Origin: Adineta vaga
Taxonomy: Eukaryota > Animalia > Rotifera
Assembly (NCBI GenBank): GCA_021613535.1
Contig: CP075493.1
Location: 13,950,001-14,014,000, forward strand
DNA: 64,000 nucleotides
Direction of reading: 5' to 3'
The notes beneath the pieces are model-generated. The model did not search any database. It was given only the letters and a program-made list of their open reading frames with translations, and was not told the origin of the DNA. The position numbers and the translations under genes are program-made. Below, one piece after another: positions 25,001 to 37,100 of this stretch (the first letter of the stretch is position 1; the number at the start of each line of letters is the position of its first letter).

Positions 25001-25739
25001 ATCTCCGAATGTCGATGGTGACGAAGAGAAACGTTCATTATTGTTCGTTTTAAAATGTAGTACAACACAGATGTGGAAAATTTGTGAGCATCTTACTGGT
25101 AAGCCCGATAAAACAAGAGATGAAGATTTTATTTCAAAAATTGAAGAAACTCGATTGGATCTGGGAAAAATATCAGTAAACGCGGCTCTTTCAGGGAAAT
25201 ACGACCCAAAAAGATATCAAGTCGAAGCAACTATTGCCGTTGCACGTATCAACGTGCAAATCGCTCGAAACTCAGATGTATCTGAAGATGATCGGAACAG
25301 ATTGTTAACACAAGCCAAAAAAGAACTCGAAAATATCCAAAATGAAGATTACATTGGGACTCGTACACGTTCATTATTATTTCAAGTTCTTGGTACTACA
25401 TACAGTCTTTTGAAACGTTATAAACAAGCAATCGATACCTACCACAAAGTCTTAAAAATGCGTGAAGAAATATTAAGTTTTGACCATTTGGACGTGGCAC
25501 GTGCAAAATATCGGCTTGCTTTATGCCTTGTAGATTATATTACAAATTCGAAGGATGAAACGTGCAGTCCCGCTGAATATGACGAGAAATTAAATGAAGC
25601 GAAGTGTTTGTGCGAGAAGGCATTCACAGTACAACAGGCACGACTACCCGCGAAGCACAGTAACTTGGAAGACTGCAGTACTTTACGCAAACGCATTGCA
25701 GAACTGTTTGAAAAACTCAAGGATAAACAAAATGAATGA
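22005..25739 (+). CDS. NLR/STAND-like protein: AHCY (S-adenosylhomocysteine hydrolase)-like N-terminal domain + P-loop NTPase + TPR; intronless
   Basis: AHCY-like motifs AVVHLL, IMDIGGY (~22503), GIVEDTENG (~22590), KMTED, Rossmann GVLGFGKIG (~22815), VYDVNP, IFCATGN and LLCNGNAVNF. Walker A TAPRGSGKT (~23595), YDIIWWFDC, Walker B LLIIDNV (~23820). TPR-like LGSYYL..YSEAAQSY and LGTTYSLLKRYKQAIDTYHKVLKMREEIL..DHLDVA. Confidence 0.85.
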   Translation: MSTFEQLTAGTSPTAKTVEKFFEDICCTFSSIPIELSEQKPTRSDQKDQDQLASTSKKRQLSATTDGPSPKLRKRLNLIAVVHLLPTLPAYLRALHKIGDIKAIIFKGVAENDRPKHMKDMAEWVKNHETFGPAVNETTKEDLKQEDSVTELLSNAADSNGEILIMDIGGYFAHCLPTLAKSVAAGCPWKLLGIVEDTENGHQKYHQALEKFRSLNSSALPQPKIYSVARSRMKMTEDYNVGKSLVRAADTILRQSLDHRLEDHRTIGVLGFGKIGSSIAMHLRQQHIGIVMVYDVNPEILLRAHSYDFVICSKEQMLEQASFIFCATGNKALTYNDLINIGTNVKRLIIASCTSADDELDIHNGFERNNNKNQSTDPRSFSRYTLTRLSGEPIDIVLLCNGNAVNFFHRAVLGESIRSVQAAMIVCALKLQHLSSNADLASGINTLTNEDEMRIARLWLQHFTQLDVHIITNLVCAHMKFDKISVEEAIGDLPVDESSIKQLKENMGLTKTNNTDAIDFMDSTRKLIVTAPRGSGKTAILFSFIHDVRNYYDIIWWFDCNDSFQSTLLSLAHEFHVSSIERSENDLGRAVLEALFSSLAVNSILLIIDNVQKDDEQNAFEMTANIASNTNGTTYPKQRPFRCHDFLRIINETLDGESRRQRRCHIIALYTDHSANQQPSKEISPPKIQEEKDDWLYLPLEMIVHEQTPDKIIGLVLKNLSPDVAENRKQLIRKILSIDSRRLTMRLTNLLLTSTNIDDTELTELTDKIDKQKLGQNGNYDVLSQLIKLALEQLKKEDERFFLCAEVASLIHTSSISREVFRHIYRILCPYENTSPDWDSFWQQLLSKYKKYCLLKQNFLVPTIHRRVSERHIPSEYVEVYSIPSTYAKALCESILRDNTSRIWEYAFELINNRFSYDYYGFKDDKNLHYDEQGIFHYLDHAIALIKRSEKYIDNEHYAQSCGELLCRLGSYYLNERRMYSEAAQSYFKANTIFDSMMKSPNVDGDEEKRSLLFVLKCSTTQMWKICEHLTGKPDKTRDEDFISKIEETRLDLGKISVNAALSGKYDPKRYQVEATIAVARINVQIARNSDVSEDDRNRLLTQAKKELENIQNEDYIGTRTRSLLFQVLGTTYSLLKRYKQAIDTYHKVLKMREEILSFDHLDVARAKYRLALCLVDYITNSKDETCSPAEYDEKLNEAKCLCEKAFTVQQARLPAKHSNLEDCSTLRKRIAELFEKLKDKQNE

Positions 25740-26270
25740 CTCAGTTGAAAAAAAAGTATAAAATTATTATAAGCAAAGTCTATATTAATCATATACCTCT
25801 AACAACTAAATGATGAATCACCTTCTTCTTTCCTTCTTCCTCTTATTTACTTAGATAGTTGTCATCACGACAAATTTAACATTATCCAAGCATTTTCCTT
25901 ATTGTCTTTCTTCTATTATATCACATGTTACCGATGTAACTTCTTCTCTCTTATATGACACTTCGATCTCTCTCGTTTCATGATCAAGTGTTGACCCTGC
26001 TTTCTTATTTAGACTTTGTCCGAATGATCTTATATATCCAACCTCAGACTTAGTGATAAATACGTTATTTCTATATTATATGTGAGTGTTGTTATTTTTC
26101 TGATAGCGTGATACTGTGTATTCTGAGTACTATGTAAAGGACGAAGAAAATACAGTATAGTTGCGATTTCTTTGGAAAAAATAAAGATATACACATATAT
26201 CAGCTCTCGTATTCTTATACTTTGGGTGACAAATCGTCACAATATCGATTTCATTCTTGATGGTATGATT

Positions 26271-26314
26271 GGGTGAGGCTACTCTTATCTTTTGTCACCC
26301 GCACCCACACCCTC
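26271..26314. repeat. Telomere-like short hairpin element, copy 3
   Basis: GGGTGAGG-ctactcttatcttttgt-CACCCGCACCCACACCCTC. Confidence 0.55.
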
Positions 26315-26509
26315 AACAAACCCTAATAATTACTCATCTAAAGCGTGATTTTCCTATAGGACTTCTTGATAATATGACTGATGGTATAGCTCTGACTTTA
26401 TTTCCAGCGGTCTTTATTACTCTCATATTAATTGAAATAAAATTTATCATGACGATATATACAGAATAAAGTTGCTAAGTATTCTACTATTCATCACATT
26501 ATAAAAATT

Positions 26510-29500
26510 TTAAAATATTGTCTCTTCAATAATGGAAATAGTTGTATTATTAATTGCTCTCGGAGGTAATGGTAATGAGTATTCGATATAAGATAATCTC
26601 TTTGGTAATTTGAAATTTTTGACTCGTTGTTGCCAACGTCGTCGTCTTTTTCGTCTTCGTTCTAGTTCTCGACGGTCATTGTCTGTTAAATCAACACCGA
26701 AAAAATATTTGAGTACATCCATAATAATGATAAATGTTATAACGCTTGCTAAGCAACTAATCGCTACATAAGCAAATGATTTGGAAATTTTTTGACGAAT
26801 AACGATTGCTTGTTCACTTATTTCACAAAATCGACCAGAATAACTTGTTCCAAGACATTCACACATGAAATCAAGTAATAATGGTCGACATATACCATTA
26901 TTTAAACATGTTACATTTTTACAATAATTTACTTTTGTTTCACAATGAACATTGGTCCATCCAGATTGACATGTACATTCAAATGTTCTATTTGATATTT
27001 CAGTACAATTACCTACAAAAAGAAAAAAAAATACTTTTCTGATAATTATTTTAAATCATTCAATATACCGTTATTCTGACAAGTATCCGTTTTACATAGT
27101 TGATTGTCAAATTGGCATTGAATACCATTAAAATCTGATAGGCATACACAACTATAACCATACGAAGTGCTATTGGAATTGATACAACTACCATTATTTT
27201 GACAGGGTTGAAGAATGTCACATGGTGCAGATGAAATATTACAAGTAAGACCAATTTGATTTGGATTCGAACATAATGGTAATACAACAATGGACGAAGG
27301 TAATATAACTATAAAATATAGAAAACATCAATATGAACGAGTTTTTCAAACTAGTTTAAACTACTTTTTGGATGAGATACTGTTGTGATTGCGACAGTTG
27401 TTTGTTGTGTTGTAAATGTATCTATATTAAAAATTTAAACAATTGAAGAAAACTACATAGATGAAATTGTTGAATATTTACCACATGAATTTGTAACAAT
27501 AGGAAATTTTTTCACTCGATTATTGACCCATTCAGTAACAAACATATTACCGTAAATATCAAAACTAAGCATTTGAGGACCATTCATTTGATACGATGCT
27601 GATCCTGAACCATTGCATCCAACTAAACATTGAAAACCATTCGATCCCGATACAACAATACGATGATTATCTTTATCAACAATATACAGATTATCATTCC
27701 CATCTAATGTCATTCCAGTGGGGCGATAGAGTGAAATCGTAATATTTAAGGATGTATTTCCTGCTACCGTTATACCATTCAATTCTCCTGAGTGAAAAAG
27801 TTGAATTCGATGATTATTATAATCTGCTACGTATAGATCAAAATTGATGTTAACAAAAATTCCATGAGGTGTATTCAACTGATTCAACAACGATCCAGCA
27901 CATCCTGTACCTGCTACGGTTGTAATTGAATTTGAATTACTATTCAATGATTTTGTGACAATTTGATGAAAACCATTCAATGCACAATATAAAGTATTAT
28001 TCAAATCAATGAAAAGTCCATAACATTGTTGACCAACAAACATGACAGCAGTGCTAGTATTTTCATCTAATGAAATCTTTATAACTTCACCAGTTCGAAA
28101 GCCATTATCAATATAAATATCACCGGATGTGGAAACAAACAGACCTCGAGCTGTGGAATAATTTCCCGATATTCGTCGTGTTGGATTCGTACTATTATTC
28201 GACCAGATAACAATCTCACCAGCAGCTCGATTAAGAACATAGATGGTATTATTTGTATCAATAAAAATGCCAAAAACTTCTATACCAACTGTATCATTTG
28301 TTGCAAAAATGATTCCATCCGGATTCCAACTTGTTGATGGACAAAATTTCAATCGATTGTATGAAACAACTTGAGCAAAAACAAAACAAAAGTAGATAGT
28401 TTTTGAATAAAAAGCATAATCAACAGACTTTTCGATGGAATTATTTGAGTTTTAGTTGTTCGCATAGTGGTTTTTACCGAGGTTATCTCTAAAGAAAATT
28501 TAAATTATTTATTCGAAAATAAAAAATAAACAATTGGTTACCATGACTAATCATCGCCGAGATTGTAGTTGTTGTTGTTATTGTATTTGTGATATTACAG
28601 GAATTATTGATTAAATTAAATTTTTGAATTCGATTATTCCCATTATCAACCACAAATATATTACCAAAAGTATCGAAACTAAGAGTATATGGAGAAGATA
28701 ATCTACTTGCTGTTGCACCTGATGTCATATTACAGCCAACCAAACACCGAAATCCATTAGGTCCTGATCCAACGATGCGATTATTCCCTTTGTCTACAAT
28801 GAAAAGATATCCATCTGCATCTAAGGTGATTCCATTGGGATTTTTCAATGAAATTGTCCAAGTTAATGATGTATTTCCAGCGACAGTTGTACCATTTAAT
28901 TCTCCTGATCGAAAGAGTTGAATTCGATGATTATTCGTATCTGCTACATATAAATCATAATTATCAGTAACAAAAATTCCGTTGGGCCCATTCAACGTGA
29001 ACATACTATTTCCAGAAGAACCAGTACCAGCTACATTCGTTATCGTAGTTGAATTCTTATTTAATGATATAGTTCCAATTCGATGAATAGTACTCATTGA
29101 ACAATAAAGTGTATTACTAATATCAATAAATACATCAAAACATTTGCTACATGTATACATAATTGGAGTGCCATTTGTTGAATTTAATGACCATTTATCT
29201 ATTCGACCAGTTGAATTAGCACTATCAATATAAATATCACCAGCAATTGTGACAAAAAGACTGTATGGATTAAGTATATTATCAGAAATGATTCTTGAAA
29301 TTGTAGAATTTGTTCCAGACCATATAACAATTTGGTTATATAGTCGATTAGCGACATAGATTGAATTATTTCTATCAATAAAAATGTCGTATGGTTTAAC
29401 TCCGACGGTATTATTATTAGCAAATGTTGTTGCATTTGGATTCCATGATGCATTCGGACAGAATTTTGGTTGATTGAAAGAAATAGCTATGAAATAACGA

Positions 29501-29590
29501 TTCCTTTTTATCTGCATTTCCATCAAAACCTGAGTAGAATCATTTACCTGATAGTTGTCTAATGATCATGAAAATGATCCACAGTTTCAT
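26510..29590 (-). CDS. Secreted/membrane protein with two NHL-repeat beta-propellers, EGF repeats and C-terminal TM; multi-exon
   Basis: Signal exon MKLWIIFMII (ATG 29590). Two NHL blocks (PxGIFV..DLYVADxNNHRIQ) at 28489-29526 and 27453-28352. EGF Cys patterns at 26830-27290. TM FAYVAISCLASVITFIIIM followed by a basic tail. Confidence 0.85.
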
Positions 29591-30299
29591 CTCGCACCAA
29601 TCGATAATGTTGCGAACAATTGAACTCTTTTCTAATTCACCGTTCTTCTTTGTCCTCAAAGTTGATAATTTTTCCGTTATTATTTATCTATACATTGAAA
29701 CTTTGAAAAGGATTTTTATGTACTCTCGGTCATATTTTTGCATCGTAATCAATCATTGACGTCAATTGTTCTTTCTCTTTCCGTTTTTCTTTGAAGATAT
29801 ATTGAATCAAATATTAGAATTGAACGATCATAGTATTGACAAAGAGAAAGAGCAAACCATCCTGAGTTAGTGAGCGAAGAAAGAACAATATATTCATTGA
29901 CATTCTCAAGATCGATATAAAGATAATCAACCTCATCTCGCATTCATTGTTATGGATATTATCCCAACTCCAACATTCAACGAAAAGAAGAAACAAAACT
30001 AAACAATGCACTGATGAATATTTAAGAATGTGAGTGATTATAGATATTGATGTTTCTGAAGAAGAGAATCATACTTACATCTTGACACGCTTTTCATTCG
30101 CATGATGTTTTATACATTGGGTATTATTAATATACAAAATACATTTCATGACTCATTGTAGAAAGGAATAAAAAAACGAATAATGAATCATACATCATCA
30201 CGTGGAAAAAAGAATGTCGAATGTTAAAAATAACAATATGTATGGTTGGAAAAAATTATTTACTTCCATAACTTTCACAAGTAAAGAGATACTGTTGAA

Positions 30300-31728
30300 A
30301 TGACGAATAATTGTGAATATGTGGATGAATCTTCGATTGATATTAGTTTAAAATGTCTTATTTGTTCTGATCCTTATACAAATCCTTGTTCAACAATATG
30401 TGATCATACTTTTTGTCGATCATGTATTACAAAATGGTTCGAATCGAGTGATCGATGTCCGGCATGTGGAAAAAAACCAATGACAAATGAAGGTTTACGT
30501 GCAACAAATCGTATTGTTTTTGATATACTCGATCGTCTTCTTGTTCAATGTAAAGCTTGTCGGCAAACAAATATTCAACGAGGCAATTTTGATGAACATT
30601 CAAATCGATATTGTTTGAAAACATTTATATCTTGCTCAGCTGCAGATCTCAAATGTCCTTGGCACGGACCACGAGACCAATTAACTGCACATTTATCGAC
30701 ATGTTCTTATGAAATTATGCGACCAGTTCTCACTCATCTAATGAATACACTAAATAGTCTTACTGATCGAATACAACAATATGAAAATGAAAATAAAGAT
30801 TATCGCAATCGTTTGGATTTACATGAAATTGAGAGAAAACAATTAACAGATGAAATGAATATATTGAAAGCATTTTATTTTGAACAAGCAACTTTGTTAA
30901 ACAATTTAAAATCTACCAATCTTCAACGTGAAGATGATTATCAGAAACTAAATGCAAGAATGCAACTTATGCAAATATTATCAAGTAAGTTAATTGACTT
31001 ATTTGAGCATACATATAAAAAACATAATTCGATTGGAATTTCAAATTTTTCGATTTATTATTTTAGATCCGAGCGTTAATAGTAATCCTCGTCTTGAAAT
31101 GATACTTTCTCAATGTCCTATTAATTCCACAATTAATTTGAGTGATTTACGATTAAATAATTTTGATATACCTTTTATTATTCGTCATGCAATCATTCGA
31201 AAACAATGTTCAGTATTAAATCTAAGTAATAATTTAATTGAATCAAATGGAATTGAATTATTAGCAAATGCAGTACGATCAAATCTTATTCTTAAACGAT
31301 TATGTTTAAAAGGTAATCGAATTGATTTTAAAGGTGCAGAATATTTAGCAAAAGCATTAACAATTAATAATACACTTGAAGTTTTGGATTTAGAAACAAA
31401 TAATATAGCAGATTTAGGTGTAGAATCATTAGCTGGAATGATTCGTCAAAATCGAACATTGAAAGATCTTCATCTTAGTTATAATTACATTGAAAATAAA
31501 GGAATGGAAATGTTATTAAATGCAATGGATAATAAATCGACAATTGAACTTTTGAGTTTATCGGGTAATCGATTAAACGATAATTGTCTTGATACTCTTG
31601 AGAAAATGATTAATAATAATATTAAATTACAACGACTTGAATTATATGAAAATCATTTTTCATTAGAAGGTAAAACAAGATTATTGCGAATTGGTCATAT
31701 GAAGAAAGGTTTTAAAATGAACATATAA
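30300..31728 (+). CDS. RING + TRAF-type zinc finger + coiled coil + RNI-like LRR protein (2 exons)
   Basis: C3HC4 RING CLIC..CDHTFCRSCI..CPAC; TRAF-Zn CSAADLKCPWHGPRDQLTAHLSTC; intron 30985-31066; LRRs LxxLxLxxNxI. Confidence 0.85.
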
Positions 31729-32040
31729 TAGAATGAAAATTTGTCAATTAATTCAATAAATTATAGACAACAAAAGTAAATCATTTCTTAAACTTTTGAA
31801 GAATCTCAATTGATAGATTGTTTTTGTTAATCGAGGTATCTTTTGCGTGTATAAAGTGTCCATAACGGATGCCACAAAGAAGAGAATGAACCACACTCAC
31901 AAAAGAATAATGTACATCAATATCATTTAGTATTACTTCAAATCATTTATACGAATCAAAAAATTATCAAAGAAACTGATTACATGAAGTTATTAATGCT
32001 TTTATGCAAGCTGTATGACCACTACGTATATGTCCTATAC

Positions 32041-32400
32041 TTTTTTGTGTACTCAAAAAGTGAGTACACTACTAGAATCGGTCAGTGTGTCCGTCCGGCC
32101 GTTAACACAATAACTCTTCAAAACTACATTTGATCGATCTAAAAATTTCGTGCACAAAATTGTCTCACCAATATCTCGGTCGAGTTCGAAGATGAAAAGG
32201 TTCCATAAAGAAATGGTTGAGTTATCGAAAAAATTGTCATTTTTGACCAGACCATCCCTGAGGGGGGTACAGGGTTTTTTGAAAAAACATTTTCTGTCGA
32301 AATTATTTAAAACATGTATGAATCGACTCAGTTTTTAACGCTAGTTCCGAATCTAATATTGGTTTTGAGTCAAATCGTAGTTTAATAATGAAAAAATGCT
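32041..32400 (+). mobile_element. 5' part of Helentron-associated non-autonomous element (HINE/DINE-1-like)
   Basis: Begins in a T-run with hairpin GTGTACTC-aaaaagt-GAGTACAC, then a GTGTGTCCGTCCG microsatellite, AACACAATAACT and ATCTCGGTCGAGTTCGAAGATG core. The 3' end is not clearly found. Confidence 0.55.
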
Positions 32401-33688
32401 TAAGAAAGGCCTCAAAATGCACAAAAACTGTATTTTAACACCGAATTGCCTAAATAAGTTTCATATGATCTGTAGTTTGGGAGTTTCCCAAATGCTTGGT
32501 TCTGTAGCTAGTCGGAACGATTATCAAAAGAGAAAAACCTGATCTCCAAACCTATTGATATTGATGATCTATTATGAAAATGCTGATATGTGTATGTATC
32601 ATAGATCTTTTATAGATTCATGAGGTTGCATATGACCGTTATTCCGATAGATTCCAATATAAAAATTCATCCATAACTCAACATGAAAAATCTTGCTCAT
32701 CGAAAACTTTCTCGTGGTAATTTTGATGCGTAGACATTCTAGAATGGTCCATCTCTCTCATACACTTTTTGCAGTACACATAACTTTCGGATAAAATCCG
32801 AAGTTTCCGCATTTTATTTTTATACAGTTTGACGATTGTGTTCAGTATGCGTACAATATATAGAAGGGTATAGTAGAACATGAAGTCAAAGGTTATATAT
32901 ACATATAGAAAGAAATTATTGACAAAATCAGTGAATATCTACGCATGCTAAAACCTAGAAATGACGTTTCTATTTCTATAAAGGTGGATTAACTTCTTAG
33001 TTATTGAATGATCACAAACTTGTTCTTACCAAACGAGTTTAGCTCGACGTGTGGCTTGATACTTGAATATATTTTCAAATGAATTGAGCATTTACTCAAG
33101 AATTCTTATAATCGAGTAAAAAGCCAATGACACAGAGTATTCCAGTACTTGTACCATTTGAACAATTCAAACTTGTTAACAATGAATTGTTATCCATTTA
33201 CAAAATATTGATCGGCATTTTGAATGTTGTTTATGTACACACAAATATTTATGATGGCCATAATCAATAGGTGACTTGAGCTTTTTGCAACAGTTGGAGA
33301 ATCACTCGATCTTTCACGAAACTTTTCAAAGCATTCTGTATAGTTCATTGAATACATCTTTTCACTAAATAAAAGTTTTAACAAATTCCAATTTAAATAT
33401 TCTATCTTTGATAAATATTTATCGGCAAATTGCAGACAGATACTCTGAAACAAAATCTTTATGTTTTGTACGAATTTTTTAAACAATCATATTCATCTCA
33501 AAGGACATCAGAAAATTTGAATCATTTTTATATAATATCTTTTAAAGCAAAATACATTCATCAAATATTGGCCTCTTCATCTGAGATTGTTTGATTTACT
33601 ACTTTAGAATTCATGTTTACTCATATAATAATAGTTTCAGTGGCATGTGACTAAGAGACGATACCAATTCCTTATAATCTTTCATTTC

Positions 33689-33963
33689 TGTTGGTGGTCG
33701 TCTAGGCGTGTGAGTCCAATATGTTTATTGAGACGAACACAAGAGAATGGCCAGAAGAAAACAGAAACGATACTAACTAAATAACAACAACAATGAAGAG
33801 AAAACTCCATGTATATATATGTATACTAAATGTATATACGCAATAGTAAACAACGTGACCAGTAATCACGCACAGACAGAATGGAGTCTGTAACAAAAGA
33901 AGAGAGGAGAAGAGAAGAAGAGATGAAACTAGAAGAAATGAATAATCTCCTATAATACCAACA
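33689..33963 (-). mobile_element. Solo LTR (275 bp) with 5-bp target-site duplication
   Basis: TGTTGGT...ACCAACA inverted termini flanked by ATTTC at 33684-33688 and 33964-33968. TATA-like run and minus-strand AATAAA inside. Confidence 0.8.
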
Positions 33964-34152
33964 ATTTCTCTCGAAGAAAAATTAGAAATGAAAAGTGTAC
34001 TAAAAGATAAGCGAAAGCAGCTGTATGTCTATTTCTTATAGTGGATTTGTACGATTAGCTTCGAACCTTATCACATTAAAATTAGATAAACAAACAAGAA
34101 TAAATTTTTATTTCATTTCTGTTAAAAATATGAATATATTAACAAGCAATTA

Positions 34153-37100
34153 TTAGCAAAGCATGCGAAGCTGTTCTATTGATTGTTGAAATGCTTTTCT
34201 GTATTCTTTTGAAGGCAAAACAAAAACGAAAAAATGAAGCATAGGTGGTAAGAAAGAAATAAAGTAACCTGCAAGAAAAAGCCATGGATCACGAGCTGAT
34301 TTCATACATCCGGAAATAAATATAACAATCAAGCGAGGAAGTACTAAAAGCACGAGAAAACATTGAGATAGAAATATATGTTGATATCGTCGGAATTGTT
34401 TCCAAAAATATTGTTTATAACTCAATGGGTTTCTATCAACGTATCGTTTTCGATATGTAATTATGATGACTATCATAATAGTAGATAGAAAATTGATCGT
34501 AAACGGACCAAGAAAATGAAATGTATTAATAAAAGAATTGTAAATATTGAGAGAAGACGGATATGATACAACACACCATATTCGATTTTCATCTAAATCA
34601 TCAAATAAATGACGATGAAGTGGATCATGCATGACAGTTAAATTACAGAATAGAATTACTATAAGAATCATTAATTTAGCCATTTTTTTACTTGCATTTC
34701 GATGAAAATTGATACCTTTTACAACAATAATGAATCTTTCTACTGCTACACACGTGCTCAGCCAACCCGTTGAATTAAGAAGATTAGATAGCATTAAATT
34801 AATTGAAATACAGGAATATCTAAGTAGAATTCGGTTATTTATAACACTCATGTGAGTGAGTAAAAGTATGACAAATTTTATTGTAAATACAATCATTGTT
34901 AAAAGAGAAGTAATTGAATTGACAAGTAGATACAATCCGCACCCAACTTCTCGTGTTTCTTTTACCCGAAATGTTAATAATGATAAACTATTGCTGATAA
35001 AACTAAGAGTGAGCATTATTGTAACGATAATAATACTAAATTTAAACACAAATGGTTGTTGCCATAGAGATAGATTTGGTCGAATCTGATAACCAAGAAT
35101 GGCATCAACAGAAAGTTCGAATCCTTTCGTTGATAATTGACATCTTGTTCCATAATAACATTCAGCACATGCACATATGTAAGTCTTCGGACATGATGAA
35201 TCATCCTGAAAACATTGTGCATTATTTTGACAAATTTTACTACTTCGACAGTTATAGATTATATTATGATCAAATTCAAAACAGTTAGCTTGTCGACGTT
35301 CAGAATCACATAGACACATATAATTGTGATCATAAAAACAGAGAAGTTTGAAATCTTCTTGACATGGTAAATGATAGAGTTTGACACGAAGTAAAAGATC
35401 TAGTTGAAGTATAGATGAATTAAATAATTCACTAATATTACGACATCGATGAGAAGAAATAATTTGAGTCGACAAATTCGTGAATGGTTTAAATTCCTTT
35501 TGTATAATTGTTAGATAATATTTTTTCGAAAATTCGATAAAAACAAGATGAAATTTTTGCGGCATATAAAGTATAACTTCATCTCGATCGAATGGTATTT
35601 TTTTAAACATTGTTATACGATCTGGTATAGAATCCGATAGAATAGTAATAAAATGTGCAAAGATATATGGTGGAATCGATATATCAGAATGAAATGTAGT
35701 ATAAATTTTCGAATCAGTATATTTACATGTTTTTTCCGAATATCCTTCCGAACATAAACACTTATATTTTTCTATCTTGGAATTTTTGTTAGATAGCATG
35801 CGAATATCAGTTCCTATACATTTTCCATTATGTTGACATGTATTCTGTTGACAACTAGAATGATTATGTAAACAATCTATACCATATTTGTTAAGAGGAC
35901 AAAGACAAAATGAACCATCTCCAATACAAACTGAGTTAGATGAACATTGACATCTGTCATGCTTTGTTGTACAATAACGACCGGACCATCCTCGATCACA
36001 CAAACAGAAATCATCTATATGTGATGAATGATAGTTTTCAAATAAAATACATTGGCCATGTTCACATTTCTGCGAGCATAATTTTGCTCGTGATGGATTT
36101 AATGGAATGATAAGTTGTATAGCAAGACGATGTACAGGTAAGAACGAAAATTTCAATGGAAATAACCAACTTGTTCGATATGTTAATAGAATTTTATCGT
36201 AAACATCAATACGTACGGAGTAATTTTTTGAACTATCTTTTGGTCGTGATGAATAAAGTAAATAGATATCGAATTTTGTTAAACAATCTCGAACAGAAAG
36301 ATATTCAATATAATCATAGGATTCAATTTGTTGATTATCATCAACAAGAAATATAGCTAAAAGAAATACTGTATGCCAGTCGAGTTCTGCTCGTATTTGT
36401 AGTGTTAGACTAACTCGTTGATTTTGATATTGACAGTCAGATCCGTAATAAGCTGGTGAACAAAGACATTTCAATTGTCCATTACCATCTCGAACGACTT
36501 TGCCTCGATTGCAACGAAAGAGATTCTTTGTCATATTTATTTTTTGTCGAGATAAAGGTGTAAAATATCGATTAGACGAAACAGTCGTTTGTTCTTGTTT
36601 CTCAATTATACTTTTTTTTATTGGTCTATTCAACACTATTCTTGGCTCGAGAGCGAAAAATATGTCCTGTCGACGATATTGTTCTAAATTTAGAAGACAA
36701 ATAATCTTTTCTTCTAATGTACGTTGATAATTTTTCGAAGGCATACATATATCTTCCGATTCCCAAAATGAATTTTTTGAACAAAACGTTTCATCATCAT
36801 TATAGTTACAATTTTCTTCTCCATTACAAACTTCATATAGTTCAAGGCAGTTAGTATCATTCCGACAGCGAAAAGGTGTAAACAATCGTCCATTAAATCG
36901 ACATAAATGTCGTTCATCTGTGCCACCTACACAGTCAGTGTGACCATTACCAGCCATATCAAGTGGTAAACAAATAGCTTTGAAAGTATATGGTGATACA
37001 CAAAGATGATGCATTGAAGAACATAGCACTGGCAAATACGAACAATTCAATTCATCAGCACCATTACGACAATTCCAAACACCATCGCATTGAGTATAAA

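Noticed and set aside
22005-25739. Bacterial contaminant or prokaryotic operon
   Set aside because: The gene is embedded among spliceosomal-intron genes with no operonic neighbours. A chimeric assembly is still formally possible.
25811-26240. Possible solo LTR right after the AHCY-NLR gene
   Set aside because: LTR-like composition and a ..GTCACA end, but no matching TG start with inverted terminus and no TSD found.
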